A stretch of 30,179 bases of DNA from an uncultured bacterium (GCA_964402875.1 CAYODT010000010.1:26727-56905); one strand, 5' to 3'; shown: positions 8,395-17,745, numbered from the stretch's first letter. Made by a program: numbers and translations. The notes: generated by a model from the sequence alone, not told the origin.

Positions 8395-10512
8395 GTGAGC
8401 AATCCCATGTCGGATCGTGATGTCTGGCTATGGAGCGAGGGCACTCACCGGGCAGCTTATCTGCAACTCGGCGCACACCCCAGCGACGAAGGCACACGCT
8501 TTGCGGTCTGGGCCCCAAATGCAGATTCGGTTTCGGTGATCGGCGATTTCAATGATTGGAACCCCCGGGCTCATTCGCTGACCAAGGACAACCGCACCGG
8601 AATCTGGCAAGGTTTCATCGGTGAGGCGCGTATCGGCCACCGCTACAAATACCGTATTGCGCGCGGAGCGTTCCAAGCTGATAAGACCGACCCCTACGCA
8701 CGCCACATGGAGCCCCCTATAACCGGTGCAGCCCGGGGGCTCTCCTCGGTAATCTGGAGCACTTGGTACGAATGGGGTGACCGGGCTTGGATGCAGAGCC
8801 GTAAGGGCCCTTCGGGCCTGGGTCAGCCTTTGGCGATATACGAGGTCCACCTAGGTTCCTGGCGCAAGCGGCCCGACGGCTACTCACTCTCCTACCGCGA
8901 TATCGCCCAACCCCTAGCTGACCACGTCCAGCGACTTGGGTTCACACACATTGAACTGATGCCAGTGATGGAGCATCCCTTTTATGGAAGTTGGGGTTAC
9001 CAAGTAGTGGGTTACTATGCCCCCACACACCGTTACGGTACGCCTCAGGACCTGATGTACTTAATCGACTACCTGCATCAGCGGGGCATTGGGGTAATCC
9101 TGGACTGGGTACCCGCACACTTTGCCACCAATCCACAAGGATTGGTCTTTTTCGACGGCAGCCCACTCTACGAATATGGCGACCCTCGGCTAGGGCACCA
9201 CCCCGACTGGGGTACCTACGTATTCGACTATGTCAAACCGGGGGTAAAGAACTTCCTGGTCTCCAATGCGCTCTTCTGGCACGAGCTCTACCACGTAGAC
9301 GGCCTACGCATAGACGCGGTGGCCAGCATGTTATACCGGGATTACTCAAGAGCCGAGGGGGAGTGGCTGGCCAACATGTTTGGAGGGCGGGAAAGCCTGG
9401 AGGCTATTGATCTTCTGAAAGAGGTCAACGAGGCAGTCTACAGCGCCTTTCCCGAATCGATGATGATCGCGGAGGAGTCGACTGCCTGGCCAGGTGTATC
9501 CAAGCCTACCTACGAAGGCGGGCTGGGATTCTTGTATAAGTGGAACATGGGCTGGATGCACGATACCCTGGAGTACATGGCCCACGATCCGGTGCATCGT
9601 AGGTATCATCAGAACGATTTCACTTTCCCCCTTATCTATGCCTTCAGCGAGCATTATATGTTGCCACTCTCGCACGACGAGGTGGTGCACGGCAAGGGCT
9701 CGCTCTGGCAGCGAATGCCCGGTGACGACTGGCAGAAGGCTGCCAACCTACGGCTGCTCTACGGGCATATGCTGGGACACCCGGGCAAGAAGCTGCTATT
9801 CATGGGCCAGGAGTTCGGGCAGGTGGGCGAATGGAGCCATGATCACGGGCTAGAGTGGTCCCTCGCGGACTCGCCGCTACACACCGGCCTCATGCGCTGG
9901 CTCGCGGACGCCCTGTGGTTCTACCGCAAACACCCGGCGCTCTGGAACGACGCGCCCAGCGGGTTCGCCTGGGTGGACTTCTCCGACAGCGGGCAGAGCG
10001 TGGCTAGTTACTTGCGTCGCTCGGAGGAGCATATCTTACTTTTCGTCTTCAACATGACCCCGATACCACGCACGGACTATCGGGTCGGCGTACCCGTGAG
10101 CGGCCGCTGGCTTGAGCGGCTGAACTCCGATGCCGAGGTCTACGGCGGGAGCGGAATGGGCAACCTAGGCAGTGTGGAAGTGGACGAGATTCCCCATCAC
10201 AGCCGGCCGTACTCAATTTCGCTCACCTTACCCCCGCTCGCAGTGCTGGTGCTCGAGCCCCAGGGCCCCATCACCACTAAGCCGGCGCGCAACGAGATTG
10301 AAACAACCTTTGACGCCGAAGCCTTGCGGGCGCTGATCATGAAGCGTAGCGGCCGGCTCTCCCGGGCCGCGGCCGTAGTCGTAGCCGGCCAGGCGCCGAA
10401 AAGCCCCGGAGCGCTACGCGAAGCCGTACGGGCACAGGGTGGGCGCATATCCAAAAAGGGTGCTGAGGCGGTTTTTGTACGTTTGGGGCGCTCCAAACTT
10501 GGAGAACCATAG
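8395..10512 (+). CDS. glgB: 1,4-alpha-glucan branching enzyme GlgB (with unusual ~90-aa basic C-terminal extension)
   Basis: It has a CBM48 N-terminal region ([22 protein letters not shown]), GH13 catalytic regions ([28 protein letters not shown]) and a GlgB-like C-terminal beta domain ([13 protein letters not shown]). The GTG at 8395 has AGGAGG 6 nt upstream. The ORF track start (ATG at 8374) is 7 codons earlier and lacks an SD. Confidence 0.88.
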   Translation: MSNPMSDRDVWLWSEGTHRAAYLQLGAHPSDEGTRFAVWAPNADSVSVIGDFNDWNPRAHSLTKDNRTGIWQGFIGEARIGHRYKYRIARGAFQADKTDPYARHMEPPITGAARGLSSVIWSTWYEWGDRAWMQSRKGPSGLGQPLAIYEVHLGSWRKRPDGYSLSYRDIAQPLADHVQRLGFTHIELMPVMEHPFYGSWGYQVVGYYAPTHRYGTPQDLMYLIDYLHQRGIGVILDWVPAHFATNPQGLVFFDGSPLYEYGDPRLGHHPDWGTYVFDYVKPGVKNFLVSNALFWHELYHVDGLRIDAVASMLYRDYSRAEGEWLANMFGGRESLEAIDLLKEVNEAVYSAFPESMMIAEESTAWPGVSKPTYEGGLGFLYKWNMGWMHDTLEYMAHDPVHRRYHQNDFTFPLIYAFSEHYMLPLSHDEVVHGKGSLWQRMPGDDWQKAANLRLLYGHMLGHPGKKLLFMGQEFGQVGEWSHDHGLEWSLADSPLHTGLMRWLADALWFYRKHPALWNDAPSGFAWVDFSDSGQSVASYLRRSEEHILLFVFNMTPIPRTDYRVGVPVSGRWLERLNSDAEVYGGSGMGNLGSVEVDEIPHHSRPYSISLTLPPLAVLVLEPQGPITTKPARNEIETTFDAEALRALIMKRSGRLSRAAAVVVAGQAPKSPGALREAVRAQGGRISKKGAEAVFVRLGRSKLGEP

Positions 10513-10778
10513 AGACCTTGCCCACAGCGGCCGGGGGAGGCTGAAGTAGACACGTGTGACCTCTGGATGGCTCACAGCTTGTACCGAGCTAAGTTCCCGG
10601 CTGGCTGAGGCCCAAGGGCATATGCCGCCGCCTGCGTCTCCATCTGCCTACAGTCACAACCGGTCCCCACTTACGTATGCCTGAGAGTAAATCTAATAGT
10701 CCTTTATCCCCGGGGGGCATATACAGCTCCGGCAACCGCTACACCGCCCTTTTTGTAGGCACCAGGGCAGGAAATACG

Positions 10779-12068
10779 CTAGCTACTCGCAGCTCGCTGC
10801 TTGAATAGGAAAGCCAGCAGAACAAAGCCTGCGCCCCCTGCGATCACCGAGGCCGCAAGCACCCCTAGCTTGGCCTGGTCCAGGGTTGCCGGGTCGCTAA
10901 AAGCCAGTCCCGCCACGAAGATTGACATAGTGAAGCCGATGCCTCCCAGCACTCCCGCGCCAGCCAGACCGGACCAGCCGACACCGGCGGGCAGCTCGGC
11001 CAGACCCAGCCGGACCGCCAGCCAGGCGGATAGCAGAATACCCAGTGGCTTTCCCAGCAGGAGCCCCAAGAATACCCCCAGTGTCACCGTGCTGAGCCCT
11101 CCGTACGAAACGGCCACCCCGGCGTTAAAGAGCGCGAACAGGGGTAGAACTGCGTAGGCCATCCAAGGTTCCAATAGATGCTCGAGCCTGTGCATGGGAC
11201 TCTGCGCAAGAAGCGCCAGCGACTCCACATCCTCGGCCCGCACCTCTTCCTCCTCGAACCTACCTCTGGTAATCCAGCCGGAAAGCTGCTCCGCTACTTC
11301 CCGCATACTGGCCTTGCGTCCCATGGGCATGGCGAAAGCCAGCAAGATTCCGGCCACCGTGGCATGCACCCCGCTTATCAGCGTAAAATACCAGATCAAA
11401 AGACCCAGCAGGATGTAAATCAGAAGGTTCCGGCCCCCGATACGGCCATAGCCCAGCGCCAAGAGCCAGAACGCCAAAGCCGTAAGAAGCGCCACCAAGG
11501 AGAACTCCTGACGATAGAAAACTGCGATCACGAGTACCGTGCCTAAGTCGTCAATAATAGCCAAGGCGGTCAGGAAGACCTTTAGAGAGGTAGGAATCCG
11601 CTTTCCCAATAAGGCCATCACCCCGAGAGCAAAAGCGATATCGGTAGCCATGGGTACTCCGAAACCGCGTGCGGCTGCACCACCCCCGCCAGCCCACACA
11701 TAAATGAGCGCCGGTATCAACATACCGCCACCCGCAGCAAGCAGGGGCAGGGCGGCCGCCCTGGGATTCTTCAGCTCACCCGCCAGGACTTCTCGCTTAA
11801 TTTCCAAGCCCACCAGCAGGAAGAAGATACTCATCAGCCCGTCGTTGACCCAGTGGAGCAGAGACATTTTCAGGACGAAGCCGCCTACCGAAATGCCCGC
11901 GGAAAGATGCTTGAGCGCCTCATAATCGTGGGAAAGAGGGCTGTTAGCCCATACCAACGCCACCAAGGCGGCTAGGATGAGCACCAACCCGCCGCCGCTC
12001 TCGCTACCCACGAACTGCTGGAAGGGGGCAAGAAACCTGCGGTCAACGGTGCGGATGCGGCTCATCAT
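10779..12068 (-). CDS. nhaA: Na+/H+ antiporter NhaA
   Basis: The NhaA family N-terminus is FLAPFQQFVGSESGGGLVLILAALVALVWANSP, with multiple TM helices and about 430 aa. The start is placed at the ATG-ATG pair (12063-12068), where the homology begins. The ORF track extension to 12143 starts on GTG and has no SD. Confidence 0.85.
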   Translation of the reverse strand: MMSRIRTVDRRFLAPFQQFVGSESGGGLVLILAALVALVWANSPLSHDYEALKHLSAGISVGGFVLKMSLLHWVNDGLMSIFFLLVGLEIKREVLAGELKNPRAAALPLLAAGGGMLIPALIYVWAGGGGAAARGFGVPMATDIAFALGVMALLGKRIPTSLKVFLTALAIIDDLGTVLVIAVFYRQEFSLVALLTALAFWLLALGYGRIGGRNLLIYILLGLLIWYFTLISGVHATVAGILLAFAMPMGRKASMREVAEQLSGWITRGRFEEEEVRAEDVESLALLAQSPMHRLEHLLEPWMAYAVLPLFALFNAGVAVSYGGLSTVTLGVFLGLLLGKPLGILLSAWLAVRLGLAELPAGVGWSGLAGAGVLGGIGFTMSIFVAGLAFSDPATLDQAKLGVLAASVIAGGAGFVLLAFLFKQRAASS

Positions 12069-12415
12069 CCCCAAGCCTACCGCAGTATTCCATTCCAACC
12101 GGGTGCCACAGACGCATTGCGAAATAGTACCTAGAGGAGACACACAGAAGTAGAGGGGCGGCCTTTAGAAATCCCGGATTCCTCATCACCACCTCTCCTA
12201 CGGGCTCGAAGGACCGTTTACGATTGGCTAGCACCATCACGGGAAAAGATATAGCGCATATACCTTCTACAGGGAATAAGGCCAGTTAGCTGGACTCAGG
12301 CAAGCTCGGCAAGGATCATTTATCTTCGCTCTAGGTTCAGGTGCACACGCCCGCCCGGCTGCACCACACCGGTCCATATGTGCCGGGGGCTGCAGAGATC
12401 AGATTTGGATGGTAT

Positions 12416-12440
12416 CAATATGATATCATCCCGGGGTCAA
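12416..12440. promoter_or_regulatory. near-perfect 11-3-11 inverted repeat GGATGGTATCA-ATA-TGATATCATCC abutting the SD of the SPFH gene
   Basis: Seen in the sequence. The arms match at 10 of 11 positions. It ends 1 nt before the AGGAGG SD (12441-12446) of the 12452 start. This is operator-like positioning at the head of the 12452-17391 gene string. Confidence 0.3.
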
Positions 12441-12451
12441 AGGAGGCCTGT

Positions 12452-13330
12452 ATGGTGCGCATTCAAGAAAAGGTTGCATTCCACGTGAACGGCTTCATCG
12501 TGTTGATGGTTGAGCTGGTACTCCTCGTGGTGGGCGTATGGCTGCTGGTAGCTTCGATAGGTAGTGGAGATATCGCTGGGCTGGTTGCAAGCATCATCAT
12601 CCTGCTCACCACGGCTTTGTTGATATCAGGCTTCTTCACCGTACAGCCCAACGAGGCGCGGGTACTTATCTTCTGGGGCCGGTATACCGGCAGCGCACGT
12701 AACGACGGGTTCTGGTGGAGCAACCCCTTTACCTCCAAGCAACATGTCAGTTTGCGGGTACGCAACTTCAACTCCGACAAGCTCAAGGTAAACGATGCCG
12801 GCGGTAGTCCTATAGAGATCGCCGCGGTAGTGGTCTGGCGGGTGGTGGAATCGGCCAAGGCCCTCTTCGATGTGGACGATTACGATCAGTTCGTGAACAT
12901 CCAGGCCGAGACAGCCATCCGTAACCTGGCTACCCGTTATCCCTATGATGCCGCCGGCGAATCCCGCGAGAGCCTGCGGGAAAACCCTGAGGATGTGGCC
13001 ACAGAACTTAAGAAAGAGCTGCAAGACCGGCTCGAGGTGGCGGGAGTCGAGGTAACCGAGGCGCGCCTCACCCACTTGGCCTACACCCCGGAGATCGCCC
13101 AGGCTATGCTGCGGCGCCAGCAAGCCCAAGCTATAGTAGCCGCCAAGAAGCTGATCGTCGAGGCGGCTGTAGGTATGGTCGAAGAAGCCCTAAAGGGGCT
13201 GGCTGAGCGGGGTGTGGTGGATCTGGATTACGAAAAACGCGCCGCCATGGCCAACAATCTGATGGTCGTCCTCACCAGCGAGCAAGCCAGCACACCGGTG
13301 ATCAACACCGGTACACTCTACGGAGGTTGA
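12452..13330 (+). CDS. SPFH/band-7 (stomatin/prohibitin-like) membrane protein
   Basis: An N-terminal TM region (FIVLMVELVLLVVGVWLLVASIG...IIILLTTALLISGFF) is followed by the SPFH core (FTVQPNEARVLIFWGRY...). AAAGGAGG lies 5 nt upstream of the ATG at 12452. The ORF track extension to 12341 lacks support. Confidence 0.85.
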   Translation: MVRIQEKVAFHVNGFIVLMVELVLLVVGVWLLVASIGSGDIAGLVASIIILLTTALLISGFFTVQPNEARVLIFWGRYTGSARNDGFWWSNPFTSKQHVSLRVRNFNSDKLKVNDAGGSPIEIAAVVVWRVVESAKALFDVDDYDQFVNIQAETAIRNLATRYPYDAAGESRESLRENPEDVATELKKELQDRLEVAGVEVTEARLTHLAYTPEIAQAMLRRQQAQAIVAAKKLIVEAAVGMVEEALKGLAERGVVDLDYEKRAAMANNLMVVLTSEQASTPVINTGTLYGG

Positions 13331-13331
13331 T

Positions 13332-14984
13332 ATGCGCGCCCTGTTTGCTGCACTACTATTGGGATTCGCTGGCGCCGCAGCCCAGAACTACCAGATTCTG
13401 CAGGGTACGGCCATTCTCGGAAAGGCCAGCGTGCAGACCGAGAGAACCGTGACGGGCTATGTCTTGCAGGGTTCCGCGGAGGTCCGTGGAGCCTTCAGCT
13501 GGCAGAGCAGCCTTCGACTCAATGCCGCATACCGGCCCACAGCCTATACCTTGACCGGCAAAGTGCGGGGTACGTCTGTAAAGATCAGGGTAGCCTTCAA
13601 GCCGGATAACATCGAGGAGGCTGTCGAGCAGGGCGGGAAGAGCCAGAGCATCAACCTTCCCACCTCCGGCCCGGTCTACCTGGTGGACAACAATCTCATG
13701 AACGGCTGGCAGGCGCTGCTCCTGGCGCTCGACTACCGGGAGCTCTCTGCGCAGCGCTTCAGGGTGTTGATTCCCCAGGTTGCGTCTCTCGGGTGGGTGA
13801 GCTTCAAGGTGGGCAAGCAGGCAACCCACCCGGCCGGTGGGAAGACTTATACTGCCTACCCGGTTGAGGCAGCGCTTGAATTCGGCTCCCAGACCATACA
13901 TCTAAACCTGTGGGCCGAAGTGAAAACGCATACCTTACTCGGACTCTTCCAGCAGCAGGGCCGGGTGCGCTTCTTGCTGAGCGTAGGTAAGGCCGAGGCC
14001 CCCGCTAACCCCCTAGCGGCACGCTTTGCAGGGCAGGAACACTGTTTTACGAGCCTGTCCGTCAAGGTGAACTCGGCCGGGGCCACATTGTACGGCAGCC
14101 TCACCCTGCCCAAGGGCCCGGGGCCTTTCCCAGCGCTATTGCTCATCCCCGGCTCGGGCCCGGTGGACCAGAACGGCAACGTAGCCGGCGTACTCATGGA
14201 CAACACCTATAAGCAACTGGCCCACGAGCTCTCTTGCAATGGCTACGGCGTGCTGCGTTACAACAAGCCGGGTCTTGCGCCCAGCACCGGCGACGGCAAC
14301 CGCGTCACCCTGGAGACCTACGCGGAGAACGTGGCCGCTTGGTTCAAGCTGCTCGCCTCCACCGCGCGCATCGACCCAACCCGTCTGGCTTTGATGGGCC
14401 ACTCCGAGGGCGGGCTGATCGCGCTATTCGCCGCCAAGGAGGGCTACGTGCATCCGGCGGCGCTAGTGTTGCTCGAAAGCCCAGGGCTACCCTTCACGGA
14501 AGTGGTAAAGACGCAAATGGTCTTTCAGGCCGGGCTCAAGGGCGAGTCCAGCGCGCAGATCAAGGGCCTCAAAGCCCTGGTGAACCAAACCTTCTCAGCC
14601 ATCGAAGCCGGCACTTCGGACACCCTGGAGCTAAAAGGCGCACTGGCCGAGAATCCGCTGGCTAGGCTCTTCGCCCACGCGGCCGGGCTGCTCAGAAGCG
14701 AGGCGGAGGAAGATCCCGCGCGGCTGATTCAAGGCCTCGATATGCCCATACTGATCGTTCAGGGAGGAGCCGATATCCAGGTACTGCCGGAAAATGGCCG
14801 AAGCCTGCACCTTGCAGACCCAAACGCCGGCTACGTACTCATTCCCAAGCTTACCCACGGTCTGGTCCGGTGTACCCAGTCGCTGCTTGCCTGCGCGCTG
14901 CCGACCCCAGGTGAGCCGCTCGACAACACCTTCGTCACGAACCTCGGAACCTGGCTGAACACCCATCTCAAGGAAGCGCGTTAG
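13332..14984 (+). CDS. secreted alpha/beta-hydrolase (serine hydrolase, GHSEGG nucleophile elbow) with ~230-aa N-terminal beta-rich domain of unknown function
   Basis: It has a signal peptide (MRALFAALLLGFAGAAAQ). The C-terminal half is an alpha/beta hydrolase (PALLLIPGSGPVDQNG, LALMGHSEGG, ILIVQGGAD). The start is 1 nt after the SPFH stop and has a GGAGG SD, so it is translationally coupled. Confidence 0.8.
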   Translation: MRALFAALLLGFAGAAAQNYQILQGTAILGKASVQTERTVTGYVLQGSAEVRGAFSWQSSLRLNAAYRPTAYTLTGKVRGTSVKIRVAFKPDNIEEAVEQGGKSQSINLPTSGPVYLVDNNLMNGWQALLLALDYRELSAQRFRVLIPQVASLGWVSFKVGKQATHPAGGKTYTAYPVEAALEFGSQTIHLNLWAEVKTHTLLGLFQQQGRVRFLLSVGKAEAPANPLAARFAGQEHCFTSLSVKVNSAGATLYGSLTLPKGPGPFPALLLIPGSGPVDQNGNVAGVLMDNTYKQLAHELSCNGYGVLRYNKPGLAPSTGDGNRVTLETYAENVAAWFKLLASTARIDPTRLALMGHSEGGLIALFAAKEGYVHPAALVLLESPGLPFTEVVKTQMVFQAGLKGESSAQIKGLKALVNQTFSAIEAGTSDTLELKGALAENPLARLFAHAAGLLRSEAEEDPARLIQGLDMPILIVQGGADIQVLPENGRSLHLADPNAGYVLIPKLTHGLVRCTQSLLACALPTPGEPLDNTFVTNLGTWLNTHLKEAR

Positions 14985-14990
14985 GGGGAA

Positions 14991-15173
14991 ATGGCGGAGA
15001 AAAAGCGTCTACTACTAAGGGTCGATCCCAAGGTCCACCAGGCCATTGAGAAATGGGCCGCGGATGATCTGCGCAGTGTGAACGCGCAGATCGAGTTCCT
15101 GTTGAAGCAGGCCCTGAAGCAGGCCCACAGGATTAGAGGCAACGATGAAAAAGATAGTGCTCCGGCGCGATAA
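14991..15173 (+). CDS. Arc/MetJ-type ribbon-helix-helix DNA-binding protein (60 aa)
   Basis: LLLRVDPKVHQAIEKWAADDLRSVNAQIEFLLKQAL matches the Arc-family RHH pattern (beta strand, two helices, and R-S-x-N before helix B). GGGGGA lies 5 nt upstream. It begins 6 nt after the hydrolase stop and overlaps the next gene by 29 nt. Confidence 0.7.
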   Translation: MAEKKRLLLRVDPKVHQAIEKWAADDLRSVNAQIEFLLKQALKQAHRIRGNDEKDSAPAR

Positions 15174-15687
15174 ACCCACAATCTGGCTGCCCCTACTCCT
15201 AATCGTAGTGGATATCTCCAGTCTGGCCGTGCTGGCCGTGCAAGCCCTCGAGAACCCTGGAGCTACGCCCTGGTGGGCCTGGCTGTTGATCATCGTGTCC
15301 TTAGCCGTGGTTTTAGGCAGCTTGTCCTGGATGATGTTGCGCGCCCCTTCGCGCCTGCTGTACTTGGCGCAGGGCCGAAACCTGGTGATTCAGACCTTAG
15401 CGGGCCGGCGCACCATCCGCCGGACCCAGGTGAAAAGTACTGAACGTGTGAACTACAACCTGGGTGCCTATGGCTACCGCCTCGAACCGCTACGAAGCAC
15501 CCTGCCCGGCTACTACGTAGGGTCTTTCTGGCCAAAGGGACTTGGTCGCGTGACGGCCTTCGTGGGGATGCGCAGGGGCGAAGGCCTGTTAATCTCACTT
15601 ACCGGAAATAAACAGCTGCTTTTGAACCCGCAGGATCCCGGCGAAATCCTGGCGCTCTTCGGCCGGGAAACGGGGAGTGGTATGTGA
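15145..15687 (+). CDS. membrane protein: two N-terminal TM helices + bacterial PH-like (bPH) domain
   Basis: After MKKIVLRRDKPTIW come two hydrophobic helices and then a ~100-aa beta-rich domain (LYLAQGRNLVIQTLAGRRTIRRTQV...GLLISLTGNKQLLLNPQDPGEILALFG) that resembles the YdbS/YdbT-type bacterial PH fold. AGAGG lies 7 nt upstream. It overlaps the downstream ABC ATPase by 4 nt (GTGA). Confidence 0.55.
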   Translation: MKKIVLRRDKPTIWLPLLLIVVDISSLAVLAVQALENPGATPWWAWLLIIVSLAVVLGSLSWMMLRAPSRLLYLAQGRNLVIQTLAGRRTIRRTQVKSTERVNYNLGAYGYRLEPLRSTLPGYYVGSFWPKGLGRVTAFVGMRRGEGLLISLTGNKQLLLNPQDPGEILALFGRETGSGM

Positions 15688-16607
15688 ACGGCGCCTTGCC
15701 CACGCTTCGGTACTCCGGCGTGTTCGCGGGTTACGGAACCCGCGCCGTGCTAACCGGCATAGAGCTGGAACTGGGCCCCGGCTTCTACGTGGTCTTAGGG
15801 ACCAACGGCGCGGGTAAAACCACCTTGTTCCGTGTGGGCGCCGGCATCCTCCCTCCTTCCCGCGGCCAACTGCACATCCTGGGTAAAGATCCCTTTACCG
15901 ACCCCTCCATCAAAGCCAAGGTCGGCTACCTGTCCCACCACGCCGGTCTCTACCCCGATCTACGGGTGGTGGACAACCTGCGGTTTTGGGGACGGGTGCT
16001 GGGCTTGAAGGCGGCCCACCTGGAACAACGGCTGGAGATCCTCTCGGGTCAGCTGGATCTGGCCGAGCTGCTCAACAGGCCCGCGCATACCTTGAGCCAA
16101 GGCCAAGCCAGGCGGGCGGGAATGGCTCGTGCACTCTTGAACAATCCCGCGCTGCTCTTTCTGGACGAGCCTACTAGCGGGCTGGATCCCGCAGCGGCGC
16201 GTACCCTGCGTAATCTGCTGAAAAGTCTGGCCACGGACGGACGCACCCTACTTTTCTCCACGCACAACCTTCACGAGGCCAGCGAGCTGGCCACGGAGGT
16301 GGTGGTGATCCGCGATGGCGCCATCTTTGCGCGCGGCCCGGTCGACGAGCTTGCGGCCCGGTTCGCCGATGCCATAACCATGGGCTTCAAGCTGGACTCC
16401 GACCCGTGCAAGGTGCTCACCGGCTTGGGTTTGGCCGCCAAGTACCAGGATGGGTACTGGCAGGTGAGCTTCGGCCGCAAGCAGGACCCGGCCGATACCA
16501 TCCGTGCCTTGGTGGAAGCGGGTATTCGCGTTCGGGAAGCACGTGAAATGGGAAATCCGCTCGAGCGCATCTACCTGGCCCTGGACAAGGAGGAGACCCA
16601 TGCGTGA
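15684..16607 (+). CDS. ABC transporter ATP-binding protein (ABC-2/DrrA-like exporter subfamily)
   Basis: Walker A GTNGAGKTT, Q-loop, signature LSQGQARRAGMA, Walker B LLFLDEPTSGLD and H-loop STHNLHE are all present. It starts on GTG with GGGGAG 6 nt upstream. Confidence 0.85.
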   Translation: MNGALPTLRYSGVFAGYGTRAVLTGIELELGPGFYVVLGTNGAGKTTLFRVGAGILPPSRGQLHILGKDPFTDPSIKAKVGYLSHHAGLYPDLRVVDNLRFWGRVLGLKAAHLEQRLEILSGQLDLAELLNRPAHTLSQGQARRAGMARALLNNPALLFLDEPTSGLDPAAARTLRNLLKSLATDGRTLLFSTHNLHEASELATEVVVIRDGAIFARGPVDELAARFADAITMGFKLDSDPCKVLTGLGLAAKYQDGYWQVSFGRKQDPADTIRALVEAGIRVREAREMGNPLERIYLALDKEETHA

Positions 16608-17391
16608 AATCATGCGGCTCGGCAGGGCGCTGATCTGGCGCACGCGGCGGGAGCAGGGCCGGCGGCTGATAGGCCTGCCCCTGATCTTTGCATTGGCTCT
16701 CCTGGCTATGGTGCTCATTACACTCTACCTGCCCTGGCTACTCACCGGCCCTACCCGCTACGCACTCGCGCGCGCCGCGGAAGCCCGGTTCGGCACCAGC
16801 CTGGGAACCACCGGACTGGCCATGGCCTTGCTGTTTCTGCAAGGGCCCTACCTGCTGGCCATGTTTGCCGCCTACCAAGGCGCCAGTCTAGCCCAAGCGG
16901 CGGTGGGCGGAGAAACCTCCCGGGGTGGGCTCGAGCTACTCCTTTCGGCACCCTTTCTCCCACGCACACTCTTCCTGGCGCTGCTGACCAGCTCCCTGAG
17001 CCTTACCCTCTTCGCTTGGGCGATCATGACCCTGGGCAGCCTGGGCATTGCCGCCGGGGTTCTGCTGGCACTCTCCGTACCCCTGCCGATCTCTGCGGGT
17101 TACCTGGCCACGGCCCTGCTGCTGCCCTTACCCTTGGCGCTGTGGGCTAACACCACCGGGCTTTTCGTGGGCTTAGCCTTCCCGCGCCTGGCCCAGCTCC
17201 GCACCGGCAACACCAACCTTTTACAGCTCCTGGCGATGCTCCCGGCGGGGGCGCTCTTGTTGACGGCCACTCTGTTCCCGGACCTTAATCCTCTTGTACT
17301 GAACGGGGCGGCGCTGGCGCTGGGCCTGGTGGGTGCGGGCTTAGCCGCGAGCCTTCTGGCGCGCTGGTTCCGGGTCGAGGCGGTGCTCTAG
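16600..17391 (+). CDS. ABC-2 family transporter permease (6 predicted TM segments)
   Basis: It is a hydrophobic 264-aa protein. The ATG at 16600 has AAGGAGGAG 5 nt upstream and overlaps the ATPase stop by 8 nt. The ORF track start at 16504 lies inside the ATPase gene and is rejected. Confidence 0.7.
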   Translation: MREIMRLGRALIWRTRREQGRRLIGLPLIFALALLAMVLITLYLPWLLTGPTRYALARAAEARFGTSLGTTGLAMALLFLQGPYLLAMFAAYQGASLAQAAVGGETSRGGLELLLSAPFLPRTLFLALLTSSLSLTLFAWAIMTLGSLGIAAGVLLALSVPLPISAGYLATALLLPLPLALWANTTGLFVGLAFPRLAQLRTGNTNLLQLLAMLPAGALLLTATLFPDLNPLVLNGAALALGLVGAGLAASLLARWFRVEAVL

Positions 17392-17629
17392 GAAACGGCG
17401 CTCCGGGAAGTGTGTATCGGCCCCGAGCCTACCCAGCCCCCGGGCTTCACCTCCCGCACCGCCTCGGAGCTTGAACGCAGCATAGAAACCACCCCGTTTC
17501 GCGGCCATTCCCTCAGGCCCCCATCTCCGGGGTTGGTGGCGGCCGGGCGGCCCTTTTAGCCGGGTGCCCAAAACTGGGAATACGGTGCCTGTCCTTGCCT
17601 ACAGCGTCCCCTCTGGCTATAGTGAGCCT

Positions 17630-17725
17630 ATGTTTACGAAGACCCTCCTGTTTAAGTGGTGGCCCGGCTAAGCCGGGGCGTGTCTTCGTGTACCCCTGGG
17701 GCCACTGGTGTTCCGGGGGTTTTTC
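17630..17725 (+). promoter_or_regulatory. trpL: trp operon leader peptide (MFTKTLLFKWWPG*, 13 codons with tandem UGG-UGG) plus alternative hairpins and an intrinsic terminator (attenuator)
   Basis: The ATG at 17630 opens a 13-codon frame ending in TAA at 17669-17671, with the Trp codons at 17657-17662. Hairpin CCCGGC-UAA-GCCGGG (17663-17677) engulfs the stop. The terminator stem is ACCCCUGG (17692-17699) paired with CCGGGGGU (17713-17720), followed by UUUUU (17720-17724). GCCGGGG (17672-17678) can alternatively pair with CCCCUGG as an antiterminator. It lies directly upstream of trpE. Confidence 0.6.
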
Positions 17726-17745
17726 GATCTTCCTGGGGGTGTGCG

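Noticed and set aside
10513-10778. Possible intrinsic terminators or a small RNA between glgB and nhaA (CCCCGGGGGG, CGCCCTTTTT)
   Set aside because: Only weak, short stems with a 5-T run. The evidence for a defined element is insufficient.
12069-12143. 25-codon upstream extension of nhaA (track start at 12143)
   Set aside because: It starts on GTG without an SD. NhaA homology starts at the internal ATG-ATG.
12043-12240. 65-aa ORF on the minus strand in the nhaA/SPFH intergenic region
   Set aside because: It overlaps the nhaA start region out of frame, shows no homology and has no SD. It is probably a chance open frame in GC-rich DNA.
16504-16599. Upstream 32-codon extension of the ABC-2 permease lying inside the ATPase gene
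   Set aside because: The ATG at 16600 has a perfect AAGGAGGAG SD, so the extension is merely an open alternative frame of the ATPase gene.
17656-17745. trpE starting at GTG 17656 (498-aa track ORF)
   Set aside because: That codon lies inside the leader-peptide ORF and the attenuator hairpins. The open frame there is a by-product of GC-rich sequence, and the start is more plausibly after the terminator (the TTG at 17746).
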